Origin: Vitrella brassicaformis CCMP3155
Taxonomy: Eukaryota > Protista > Chromerida
Assembly (NCBI GenBank): GCA_001179505.1
Contig: CDMY01000520.1
Span: 290,038-354,037 of the forward strand
Direction: 5' to 3'
Length of the DNA: 64,000 nucleotides
Positions 12,160 through 24,043 of the stretch are shown here, piece by piece. Below the pieces are notes generated by a model that worked only from the letters and a program-made list of their open reading frames with translations, did not search any database and was not told the DNA's origin. Within the stretch, counting starts at the first letter, position 1. Every line of letters begins with the position of its first letter. The position numbers were made by a program, and so were the translations under genes.

Positions 12160-14869
12160 TCACTTCACATATTCCCGCCACTTCTTCTCCAGCATCTGTT
12201 TGGCATCCCCATCAGCACTCGTCGGCCGATGGAAATGCGCCGGCACGATCATCTCCACATCCCATGACAACACTTTCGTGGCAAAGTCGGGCGTATTGGA
12301 GGCGGCGTCTCTGAGTGCCTTCCTCCTGTAGAAGGGCCCGCCGTCAGAGTACCCCAGAGTGTTGGAGGCGATCCGCGAGAGCGGCTTGGGAGGCGACAGC
12401 AGGTCGTCGGTCACATACAAGAATCCATCAAAGGTAAACACCGCCCTGGCAAACGCACGCAGACACACAGAGGGGGGAGGGAGGGTTGTGTGTGGTGGGG
12501 TGGGGTGGCTCGTGTGCCGGCCGTGGTTACAAACTTGTTTCGTTTGTCGTATATCCACATTTCCGTGTTCTGTCCTTTGATCTTGAGCATGGAGAAGTCC
12601 AGGTCAGCGGCGAGGTCGTCGGGGAGGTTGCCGTCGGCTGACATGACCCACCCAGCGCTGAAGCCGCCGGCCTGGGGATAGCCGCTCATCATCCACCTCG
12701 GGGCAACAGATATCAACTGCATTGCATGCCAGTGAGGCGAGGCGATCCACGCCATGCACACCAACATCTGTCTTGGTGCATGTGTGTGTGTGTGCGTGTG
12801 TGTGTATGTGCCTTAGCGTCAGGGAAGAGTCGCTTCCACTCTGGCGCATAGATATGGTGCTCGGGGGCCGTGGCGCCACATATGATGTAGTCAGGCGCGC
12901 TGCCCACCTGGGAAAACACGAACACACCCACCCCCATGCCCACCACCCACCCCACACCCCACACCCCAGGCCCACACAGACGCACCGGACCTACCAGCTT
13001 CTCATACATCTTGAGCAGCTCCACTGTCGGCGCCACAGGGTTGACAATCGCCACCTTCCCACTCGACAGCTTGATGACGCTCATCCGCAGGTTTATGTTG
13101 CGCTTGGCGAACAAAAAGGGCTGCGTGAAGGTGCTGAGAGTGGGCGAGAGTTCCTCGACGGTGGTGGGGCGGTGCATGGGCTTCAGCAGGGGCGTGTACG
13201 TCTGCGAGGCATCCACCGGCCTGCAGCAGGCCGCAGACGGCAAGGGAGGGAGGGAGCACACCATGCTGCTGCGATGCGTGTCTGTCTGCCCACTTTTTGC
13301 CTCGCAGTTTGCTGAGGTAGCCGGCGAGAGGGGCGACCGTCTGGCAGAAGGGAGGGCACATCCATACACATGTTGTGCTGCCATGGGTGAGGTGAGGCGT
13401 GTGTGCATGTGCATTTCTCACCTGGAAGAACCTGTATGCAGCCACACACATGCACAGAACCAACACACTTTGGACCGTTTATCTTTTTCCCTCCACAGAA
13501 TGCCAAGTTACATGGGCACCTCAATTATCTGTCTACCTGTATGAGTTGGACATGGTCCACGGCTGAGCCTCGCGGAATGGCAGAGGGTGACCGACCTGTT
13601 TGTTCAGTCAGACACAGACCGAAACTCTCTCATGGATGCATGGATGGATGGACGTGGGTTTGCTCACCTCACCCCACCCTCTCTAATCTGACTCACTCAC
13701 CGCATAGAAGACGCCGAAAATCCCTCCGAGGCCGCCAGTGTTGCCGGCTGTCCTGTCAGCCGGGTAACCCCCGGTCCATTTGGTCACCCTAAGCAGATCG
13801 AAGAGACCGGACAGGTCAGAAGCCACGCACAACACACACGTGTGGTGTGGTGTGCCCATAGATGTGCTGTATGTGATGTGCATGTTTGCAAAGCCGCACT
13901 CACTTTCCGTCCTCATTGAATGTCGCAGAGATGGCCTGTGGAACACTGTCAATGACCTTTCCTTCCGGCTCATACACTGCACACGCACCCACAGGCACCC
14001 AGACAGACACAGACAAAAGCAGACAACGCAGCCAGCTGGTGCGCTCATTGATTCGTTCATTGTGTGGCGAGCAGGACTGACCTCCAGCGAGGAGCCCCGT
14101 GTGTGTGCCCCTGGCGCGTGCCATCCACCACACCCGATTGGGCTCCAGCGGGTCGACCACAAAGCCAAAGGTGTTCTGATCGTTTTTGTTGCAACCATCT
14201 TGCAAGAAGCCATGGTAGGGACCTGGTAGTGATTGATCTATACCTACCTGCTGAAAGTCAGGGATGGCATCCAGGAGGTTGAAGTTGCCGACCTACACAC
14301 AGCCATCCAGCAGACAGAGAGGGATGTGTGCACGTCCAGCCAGATGCACGCCAGAGGCCCCCGTATACTCACTGCCGAGAGGTACTGTTCCTTGGTCAGC
14401 GGGCCAACGACAGGGAAGACAAACTGACACAGACACACACACAGCTGCTGCCTGACTGCCTGCCTGCTTGTGTGTCATTGTGTCATCTTTGTGTGTACTT
14501 GGAAATCGTCCGCCAGAAGATCTGGGTTGCTAAGCCCGTTGTTCGCCCGCACAAAGTCCTTAGCTTTCTCTATCCTGCGCACACCAGCAACAGGCAGACA
14601 AACAATGCAATCACACGATTGCATCCTTCTCCATCTGCTTACATCTTGTCTGGCGGAATAGCGAACGGCTTGCTCTGCGACGGATCTGGTCCCTCTGCGA
14701 AGAACTTGGAGTCGGGGTTGGCCGCTTTCTTGCCGACAAAGGGATACACGCTGGCCATTCTCGGCACGGCACGGCCGAAACATGCACGGTGGTGAGGCCG
14801 TGAACTCATCGCCTGTCCACCCATGGATGTTAACAGAAGGGCAACAAACAGAGAGATCCAGATAGCCAT
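12160..14869 (-). CDS. Signal-peptide-bearing fusion protein: algal SnoaL/NTF2-like domain + DUF4336 (metallo-beta-lactamase-like) domain
   Basis: N-terminus MAIWISLFVALLLTSMGGQAMSS. SnoaL-like exons: LLADDFQ/FVFPVVGPLTKEQYLSAV, FVVDPLEPNRVWWMARARGTHTG, GYPADRTAGNTGGLGGIFGVFYAV-GHPLPFREAQPW. In-frame GT-AG joins via a 10-nt exon (13431-13422) and exon 13340-13294 lead into DUF4336-like INLRMSVIKLSSGKVAIVNPVAPTVEL, APEHHIYAPEWKRLFPDAK, FLYVTDDLL and WDVEMIVPAHF. Confidence 0.72.
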
Positions 14870-14989
14870 GCCCTGCTGAGCACTCCGGCAGACTTGGAGG
14901 GACGTCATTTTCGGCCAAAGAGCGACAGGCAAGAAGATCTGAGGCTCGCGTCCGCCTGGGGGCTGTGGGGGGTGAGACGCGAGTCTCAG

Positions 14990-17900
14990 ATGATGGCGGC
15001 CCTATCTGATCCCTTTGCCTACATCTGCGGCCTTCTGTGCCGAGTGAGCAAACGCCATGTACCTGCCTCTACGTTATGTAGACGCACATTCCTTCCTGCC
15101 TCTCTGTTTTGTTTGTCTTCAGCATGAGTTTGTGCAGACCGGTGAGCCGACTCGCACGGCGTGGGGCGGCGGCATGCGTGTACTCGACTCTTTCTTCCTC
15201 ACACCCGATGGCGAGGTCGCTGACGTCTACCTCTTCACCGGCTGCCGAGGCAAGAAACACGAGGACGAAGGGGCGCCGGTTCGCAGCTGGTACGAAGTCA
15301 CATTGAGGGGGATGGCACAAACACATCATTCCTCCTTGATTCAGGCTCGGCGCCGCTTCTTACCTCCAGACGAAATCTGCCGACCGGCCAGCACGGTTCG
15401 TTCCCTTCCCCACATCTCCCGCTGCGGCGCAGCAGGATGAGGACTTGGATGTGGGCATGGAGAAGCCAGCCTCCTTCTTCATTGCGTGGGGAAGGAAGGC
15501 TCCTGTAAGGCGGCCGTCTACCGCTCAAAGACCTTCCACTGCCGGTGAGCGAGCGACCGAGGCAGCTGTCGGCGATAGTGTCGTCTACGTAGCCTGCTCA
15601 AGTGTTCTGCACGGGCCTGGGTGATTTCAGGGTTGACATCTGGTGCGATGGTTCGTCCAGTGGTGCCCTCGCCGTGTCCTGCGAGCGTCTATCAGACGAG
15701 TGTACACCCGCTGACCAAATCTGAGCTACACAAGATGGTCTGGAGTAAAGCCAATGGCTGAAACGATGGAGTGTCATACTCGGGCTGTTGTCGATGCATG
15801 CAGGTGGAGCTGAAGATGTTTGAGGGCCTGAAGATGTTGCAACCATATGTAGATGTCAAGGTGACTAACTATAGATAGACCAGAAGATGCACACTGTGTT
15901 CATGGCAGGGAGGCGGCGTCTTTCGCGCCCTGTATCGCCGAAAACAGCCGACGTCTCGTGCCCCGTCGCCCACCACCAAGAGAAAGGGGCGACCCCCTCC
16001 AACTCCGCTTCCCGACGCCCTGGGCTCCACTTGCAACATATGGCGGACTTTTTGGGACGTACCACCGGCTCCCCCGAGACAGCAGCCTGACTTTGGTCTC
16101 AGCAGGGCGCAAGTGGGGGGTCACGATGGGGATGCGGGCGGTGCTGGTGGGCATGATGCGGAAGCGGGCGCGGGCGTCGTTAGGACATTTGAGACTGTCT
16201 CGTCCCGTGCGCAGCATGTGAGGGAAGGGAGGGAGACACGAGGCAACCGATGAGCACCTCCTGTGCCGTTGTCTATGTGTCTGTGTTGCAGAGGTCCTTG
16301 GAGATAAGGTCCCCTGAACTTAATGGTCAGCAACAGAGCCGGCCAGTGCATTGGACAGTGAGGCATAGGCATACGTGTCGTGTTTGTCCTCCCCAGGTCT
16401 GTTGCGTAGTTTGATGCATCAGCTTGTGCTCTTCGTGCAACACGCTGGCCTAATGGTGAGCATTGCACAGCACACGACACACACAGGAAGAGATTGGCAT
16501 CCGTCGTCTGTCGCTGACAGGAGGTCTTCGAGCTTGATGTTGAGTTTGCTATCGACAAAAACAGGCGGGTAGGCACGCACCCACCGAGCACATAGTTAAT
16601 AGGATGGATGTCTCTCCCCTGTTCCGCTCCTACAAAGGTCTGGCTATCCTACGCCCACACCTGCATCGCAAAAAGGAAGAAAAAACGGCCAAGGCGACCT
16701 CGCAGCGCATCTGACATAGAGAGCCAGTGGCGGACCCAAGACAGACCCACCAAGATGGCCCTGATGCAAAAGGTGAACATTTCTTGCACAAACATGCGCT
16801 CACTTTCGCATCCGTTTCCTCTTCTCATCGCCAGATCGTAGTGGCCCCCTGGCGGACGACACGAGGCGCATGTGCGTTGTGCGACCGCCCTGCCTCCACC
16901 ATCACAGCCCCAAAAGGCCTGGCGCAAGCAGCAGCTGCCCCGCCGCCGCCAGTGGACGACGGTACCTTATCACTCCCGCAGAGAAAAGGTGTAAAGGTGG
17001 CCGACAGCGCTCGACAGTCGCACGTCGAGGAGGCGCCTGAGGAGGTGCTGCAGGACATCCTGGTCGGTCGGCGAGGGGACGGCGGGACAGCGATGTGGGT
17101 GAAGACTTGTCACGTCTCATGTGTTGTTTTCGCAGCCTTCCAGCAACACGCCTGAGCATTGGATGCTGGTTCACCGCACGCTCAAGAGAATCAAAAACGC
17201 TGAAAAGTTAGTGAGACACGCTCACCGGATCGGATCAGAGTCAACACGCGAACCACTCACCGTCTCGCTTCTTGCCATGCAGGTGCTGGTTCGATCCTCG
17301 CCCCTTCCGCGAGGCGTTGGTGCGGGTCCCGTACAAAGACGTACTGGAAAACGGTATACTGATGAAAAAGAAATATCTCCGAGGAAACCAGTGTACACGC
17401 CACGTGTGTCTCGCTCAGTGTTGCTTCCCAGCGTCAAGCCGTCTCGTATTCGCTCATCCATTCGCTCGTCAATTCGCTCATTGACCGACAAAGGCACTCA
17501 GTCCAAGCGCGTGTCGACATTGAGTCGCGAGAGTTCCTTCGCTGAGGTGATCAGCGAAGGTCTGGGTGACAGAGAGTGGCGACGCTTCAGATACCTTGAG
17601 TCAGCAATGAAGCCTGTCCTGGTGACACAATGCACTCGTCTGCGTGCATTTGGCAGTTCTGAATCTTTTTGTGTGTGTCGTGTCGTCTGCAGATGTGTCC
17701 AAACTGCTGGAGCATGATGGAACGCTTCCGGTCGATCAAGCAGCGCGCCCAGGCGCAGATCGAACGCACCAGTCGCCCCTCCCCGCCCCGCGAGCGACCG
17801 CCATCCCCATTCAACCGACTCAAGAAAGTGCTTCAGAGCACTGCTCCCTCAGCAAGCACACTGATCCAGGAGAGCATTCGCGATCGGCGAAAGTCATCCA

Positions 17901-20453
17901 TCAGGAAAAAGGGTATTCTCGCGTCGTTTGCGTTCAAATCACTGCCGTCGGATGAGGATCTGCCGGTGCCGGGGACGCCCGAGGGGCCCGGCCAGGCCGG
18001 CGTGAGCGTGCGGCTACCGACGCCTTCGTCCGATGATGCCGCGACTGACACGATAGGCGAAGAGGCGATGCGGGAGTGTCTGTCGCCCAGAGAGGAGGAG
18101 GTCGTGATGAAGAAAAAGAAACCTGTCTTGAGGAAACCCATGTATGACCTCGAAGACCCGTGGGATGAGATGGAGAACAGGCCACTCAGGAGGCCGCAGG
18201 TAAAGGCAATGGTTATCGTCTCCCCACACACGCAGTTCCCCTTTCCTTCTCTTCTGTGTGTGTCCAGAGTTCGCCCAGCCGCTTCCTGCATACGCGTCAA
18301 GCCATCGCAGGAGACTACATTCGACGCGGCATCAAGTTAGTGGCTAACTGGCACACTGCACATACCACATTACATTACCTCTCTCATGTCTCGACCTCCA
18401 CAGGCGTGTTTTGCCAGACCAGCCGGACCGATTGGAAGCGGATCAACGATACACCGTCCAGTCGCCTTCGTCGCAGTCATCCGCTCATTCTTCGGAAGGG
18501 GAAGGATCACCTGTCTTTGGATATCGCGAGGGGAGCGAGCCAGAAGAGTCAGTCACGCAGAGCGAAGGATCCGCTGCTCATGTGGTAGAGGAGACACAGG
18601 AAGTGCCAGCGGAAGAGCGACCAACACAGGAGCAGCCGCTTGCAATCAGTGAGGAACCAGTGCAGAATGACGAAGAGCCGCCAGAGGATGAATTGGAGGC
18701 GTGCGCCATGCTCGAGATGCTGGATTCACCCCAAATGCGCACTCTGTCATATCGCAGTCAGAGGCGGAGTGTCAGAAGCAAGACCCTGCCCAACCGCAGC
18801 CCTGAAAATCAACAGCAGCAGCAGCCATCCAGGCTCTCCCGGCTCGGTGCCGCTCTGTCGAGGACAGTGCGAGGTGGCAAGAGCCAGCCACAGCCATTGG
18901 TGAAGGACGAAGACGGGGCGCTTCAAGCCACATCAGCAGAGAGAAAGCAAGAAACCGCCGCAGCAGGGGAGAATGCCAATGTTCACGAAGCTGTCAGTGG
19001 AGAGTCACCAGCAGAAGCAGACGGAGGTTTCCAGCTTGAGACATCGCCAGATGAAGCGAGAGCAAGCGCAGAGGACATACAAGCGCCCCAGGGGCTTGCT
19101 GACGACCACGAAGCCCCGACGGAAGAACGGCGGGAAGACTTCCTCCCCACAGAGACGCCCGAAGCTGCAGAATCGGTGGCGCCAGCTGTGACACGTCCAT
19201 CCGAGTCCCTCACCCTCCCCATTCCTTCCATCGCCCAGACCTCCATCACACCCATATCCGACACCCCCCTGCCCACACTCGTCCGCTCACACCTGGACCA
19301 GATCTACAGGACGGCACTTCACCGCGTCCTCATCGAGCCAGCCTCACTGGAGAGCGTCCCTCGCGACCTCTACACAATCAAGGAAGAGGAGATACAAAGG
19401 AGAGCAGACGAGCAGGACATGCTCACGGCAGATCCCCCTGCGAGCCTGTGTCGGTACTTCTCTCTGGATGTGATCGAGGAGGAGAAGACGGAGAGCGAAG
19501 TGGAGAAAGAGCCGCAGGAAGGGGCCAGGCAGAGATGGAATCGTCTCCTCCAGAACGTGGCGTTTGCGCGGTCGGCGACGTTTGATGCATCGAAACACTC
19601 AACCATTGAGTCCGTCCATCAGACGAATCTCCTCCAAGTATGACACACCGACGGCCTGGTCCGCCTCTTCGTTCCCGTTTGGCACCGTCCTGTCTCCTTT
19701 GACTCCAGGCTACTGAAGGGCTTTTGGATTTGATCAAGGCCTTTAAGGCAAAGGATATGGAGGGCCGCGGTGAGCTGTCCAAAGTGATTGTCCGCGCCAT
19801 TATTCGCAAACAGCTGCCAAAACAGGTAGGGGAGTTGGCACGCGAGCGTCCACGCAAATTTGTCTCTCTACTTATCTGCATCTCTGTGTCTCCTACAGCT
19901 TCGGCAGTATCTGATCCATGAGCATGAGGACATCTTTGGCGGCGATCCCAATGACTTAATTTCCCTCGCCCAGTTCACCGCCATCATATCTCAGGCAATC
20001 CACGGGGGCGGGAGCAGGGTCCAATCACCCATCGCACTCGACCTCCAAGAGGCCAAGCAAGAGCGATTGCGGTCCATGAGGCCCTTCCGCGCGGTGCAGT
20101 ACGGCAAGCGCCCTCCCAGAAAGATAGACACAGCGGAGTTTGGTCTCCCAGAGTCGGCCTTCTTCCCTCCTGGCTGGGGAGGAGCACAGCCGGTGTCGAC
20201 ACGGATGTCTACGGCCCAGTTTGGCGGCAGCGGTGTGACGAGCCGGCGCAGCAGCTTTCGCAGTGGGGCCAGTGGGCAGAGTGTGGGTGGGGGTGCGGGC
20301 AGCAACAGCGCGTCCAGAGACAGCCTCAAGGACATCTACAAGAGCAGACTGGTTGAGTTCGTGAAGGCCAAGTCTGATGGCCTTGCCTCCGTCTCAGCCG
20401 TAGGAGAGAGGAGGGAGGCAAGGGCGGAGCTAAGAAAAAGGCTAAGCCATTGA
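14990..20453 (+). CDS. Large hypothetical multi-exon protein with a long low-complexity region and a C-terminal EF-hand-like pair (may be two genes)
   Basis: Chain of GT-AG-bounded coding segments: HEFVQTGEPTRTAW..., VELKMFEGLKMLQPYVDVK, LMHQLVLFVQHAGLM|EVFELDVEFAIDKNRR|VWLSYAH, CALCD...MCPNCW, the 410-aa acidic ORF 18411-19643, then DLIKAFKAKDMEGRGELSKVIVRAII and EDIFGGDPNDLISLAQFTAII. Confidence 0.5.
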
Positions 20454-20713
20454 TTGATAAGTGTGGAAGGGAAGACAGACGATGTGGTTGAGCTGAGGAT
20501 TGGTAAGTCTTCATTTCGGATCTGTCAGATATTGAAGGGCTCTCGAACGCCTTGTGACACATTCGATATGCAACAGGCCATTGACTTTTCAGATGTACGT
20601 CCGTGCGGATTGGTCCATGCAAGAGATACATTTGTTGACTGATAAATGGAAGACACATTTCTCCCTGTCGACGTCCATCCCACCCTTATTCAGACTAACT
20701 TCTCCGTCATGCT

Positions 20714-21839
20714 CTAGAGTGCCCGATTGAGGCACACAAGCGGATACCCCTGATGGGCGCACTCGGCAGGCCGCTGGACATGTGCTGGCGAGTACCCATG
20801 AGCCGCCTGCCACCGCCTCACCGCAGGAAGGCGCCGCACATCGCCGCCAGTGGAGGCCGCCTGGCATACTTCGATAAGGGTAGAGCGCAGCGCAGAGCCC
20901 TGGAGACAGGCAGAAGCCGCCTACAAAGGCGAAGGTCTGCCTGTCTGCCTCACCTCATCAAGTTCATGATCCGTTTCTCTATGAAGGAAGGGCCGGATGG
21001 GAAGCACATTAGAAGGAGAGCACCGACCATTGCTGGGCCTGATGGAAAGAGAGAGGACACATTCAGACCCACGATGACTCTGGTCAGTCACGGCTCACTT
21101 GTCGTCCAAGAGCAGCACTCGCCTGAGGTCAGGGAACAGATTAGCCAGGTCCTTGCTGTGGGTGGTCGTCAAATCCACCGTGCGATGGTCGTACCTGTCC
21201 ATAAGAATGTGACGAGAAAGCGTTTTGCACCGATCCCCCTGTGTACCTTGCTTTGAAGACCCTCCCGCCGCAGTGCTCCTCAAGTCTATCCAGGATAGGG
21301 CGGCTCCATGAGTAAGGCGAATTCGTCCATAGCACGACGTGCAGCGGGACGCTATTGTTCAGCCACCTCAGGAAGCTAACCACAGACGGGCGAAGATATA
21401 CCTGCATGGCAGCAGCCGCCGGTGCATGTGCGAATGCGTGTTCTTTATCTTCCTGCTTATGTACCGTGTTGCGCTTGTCAGGAGAGAACATCTCTCCTTC
21501 GTACTGAGTGTAGAAACCCGTTTCTTTTGGCCCGATAGGCAGCGTTTCGTTAGCAAAGCCACAAATCAGGGTGTGGTCCTGCACACACAAACAGACGGGT
21601 GCTTTGGCCAGCCGGGTGCGAGTCCTCTTTCACGCATAGCGTCCCCACTCTGGTAGCGTCCATACCAGGTCCAGCACAAGTGTGAGCGCCTTCGAGGGCG
21701 TTTTCTCGTGGCTGAAGTGGAGTGCATCTAGCTTCCGATGCGGAAGCAGTGCTGCAGCACCAAGAGCAGCGAGAAGGGCAGTCGCCGTCATTTTGATCAT
21801 GGTTTCCGCGTGTCTTGCAAATTCATGAAAAATTTGCAT
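20714..21839 (-). CDS. FCP1/SCP (NIF-domain) HAD-superfamily phosphatase
   Basis: Spliced motif I LTLVLDL|DHTLI (DxDxT), VYLRPSVVSFLRWL, VVLWTNS, KDLANLFPDLRRVLLLDD, NVLPIRPF...DHEL and DVRRL, all typical of FCP1/SCP/Dullard domains. Start codon uncertain. Confidence 0.8.
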
Positions 21840-22148
21840 CGCGGGGCCGATCTGCGGCCATGGATCTGTGGAGGTGGGAGAGACCTTACACACTCACCCC
21901 ACCAATTCCATCATTTTTGACTCACGTACTGCTGTCCTTCATGTGCGCAGGCCAGTGGCTTCTCGGCCGCATTGACGAGATCTCGGACCTGCGGACCGCT
22001 TGGGGTGCGCTTGGCGGGCTAGGTGACACACGGTCGGATCAATGTGATGCGTGATGAATGAATGGACGCAATGCGGAATGGATGGATGGATGAATGGATG
22101 AATGGATGCGTGTGTGTGGTGTGGTCAGGTGTGCTGTAGCGGCTGTCT

Positions 22149-23735
22149 ATGACGTCCCAGTCGGTGCAGGTAGTGGCACGCCACGACACCCCGGTGACGG
22201 CTCCCACTTATGGGCCGGATGACGAGCTCTTCGTCGTGTCGGAGACCGGCAACATCTACAAATACTCGGGCGATGCGGTGAGCAAGGCCGTCAATGGGAG
22301 GGGGGGATCAGCACACAGATAGGCGGGCAGGGCAGAGGGACGGATGGTCGTCGATGTGTGTCTGAATCAGGAGGCGGGGACGGAGATCTCTGCTGAGGTC
22401 AGTGGGACCCTCAGGCTCCGTCCGCCGGCATGTGTTTTCCTTTCTGTGCGTGATGTGTTTTCATTCAGGTGTGGGGCAATTCGTCGGGGCAGCCGTACGG
22501 CATATGTTTCGATAGCAACACGGGCGTAGCATTCGTGTGCGACGCTGCACACCAGGTCGGTCAGCGGGGGAACACACAGGCGATGCACGGCGAGGGCTGC
22601 CTGTACACACACATGACGCAATGCAGGCCGTGTTTCGCATGGCGCGCACTGAGGATGAAGACGGGTTCCCCAGGCAGGTCGGAAGGCAGAAAGGCCAAGA
22701 CACACTTGCAGATAGAGGCCGCATTTTCGCCTGTCGGATGGATGGATGGGTGTGTGTGTGCTGCTGCAGGAGATCGCTCCGTATGTGAAGGAGTACGAGA
22801 ACGTGGCCCTCCTGGGACCCAACTCCATCGTCATCGCCAAACTCAACGGTGGGCAACAGACAGGAAGAGCCAGACATACATGCGCCGGTTCATGTTATGT
22901 GATGTGGCACGCACAGGGACGTTGTATTTCACCGATAGTGGCCCGTTCGGCGAGTCCAACATCGCCAACCCAACTGTAGGCCGTCTCTTCTGCGTTGTGT
23001 GCAGCGTCCGTCAATCCATCCATCCATCTATCCATCAGGGTAGCGTGTTTGCTGTGGCGCCGGACACCCAGATCCTGCTGCCGCTCCTTCACAGAGCCCT
23101 CGCACACCCATGCGGCCTAGCCATGGGGCCCGACGACTCCACACTGTGAGAACGACCATGAGACAACACACCGACAGAAATTTGTGTGTGTGTGTGTGTG
23201 TGTGTGTGCGGATAGGTTTGTCTGCGAGACGTATCGCAACCGCATCCTGCGGTTCTCGCAGCATCCCGCCGGTGTGTTCCACTGCAGTGTGTTCGCACAG
23301 CTGCACGGCCGCCTGGGGCCCACAGCCATCGCCGTCGGCTCTACGGGCGACATGTACGTCGCACACTACGACCACCAAGGTGCGCTCGTCATGTGTGGGG
23401 AATGGAATGGGGGCGGTGGGAAGGGGTGCCAGTATGTGTTGGTGTGTGTGTGCAGATGTGGCGACTTCCGGCCGCATATTGGTATTGGACAGTGAGGGTG
23501 AGATCCAGGCCATCAAGGAGGTGCCGGGGCCGGAGATCACCGGGCTCTGCCTCTCCAAGTGAGCAAAGTGCATGGGCGCATTGACTTACGGGCGGCACAA
23601 GCACATGTGTCTATGTGCGTGGATGTGTGTGTTGGGTGGTCTGCTCTGTGTGTGTGTGTGGGCAGTGACGAGAAGACGTTGTTTGTGACGGAGAGCTCGA
23701 CGCGGTGCCTCTACCGAGTAGCACTCGAGGAGTGA
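22149..23735 (+). CDS. SMP-30/gluconolactonase/strictosidine-synthase-like six-bladed beta-propeller protein
   Basis: Blade motifs GQPYGICFDSNTGVAFVCD, GPNSIV, GTLYFTDSGPFGE, HPCGLAMGPDDSTLFVCETYRNRILRF, GPTAIAVGSTGDMYVAHYD and GPEITGLCLS..DEKTLFVTESS; stop at 23733-23735. Confidence 0.75.
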
Positions 23736-24043
23736 GTAAATGGACACATACATACGTGTAGGTAGAGGAGATACTCACTCGGCTGCTGCATACTCGGCTG
23801 CATACCACACACGACGACTGGCTGCATGCGTGTGTGTGTGAGAGGGACCCTTCATGCCATGGGTGTGCTGTGCTGTGCTGCATATCTGCCATGAGTGCCA
23901 TGAACGAACGTCCCATTTCACACGCACGTATTATGCATGTCAGTGTCAGTCAGCACAGCCCCCCCCTGTCTGCCTCAACCGCACCACATGTACACAGAGA
24001 TCCGTCCATCCAGCCATCACGCCACGCACCTCTCAGTGTCACG

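Noticed and set aside
20753-21256. 167-aa plus-strand ORF
   Set aside because: Antisense to the NIF phosphatase exons, which carry the conserved motifs.
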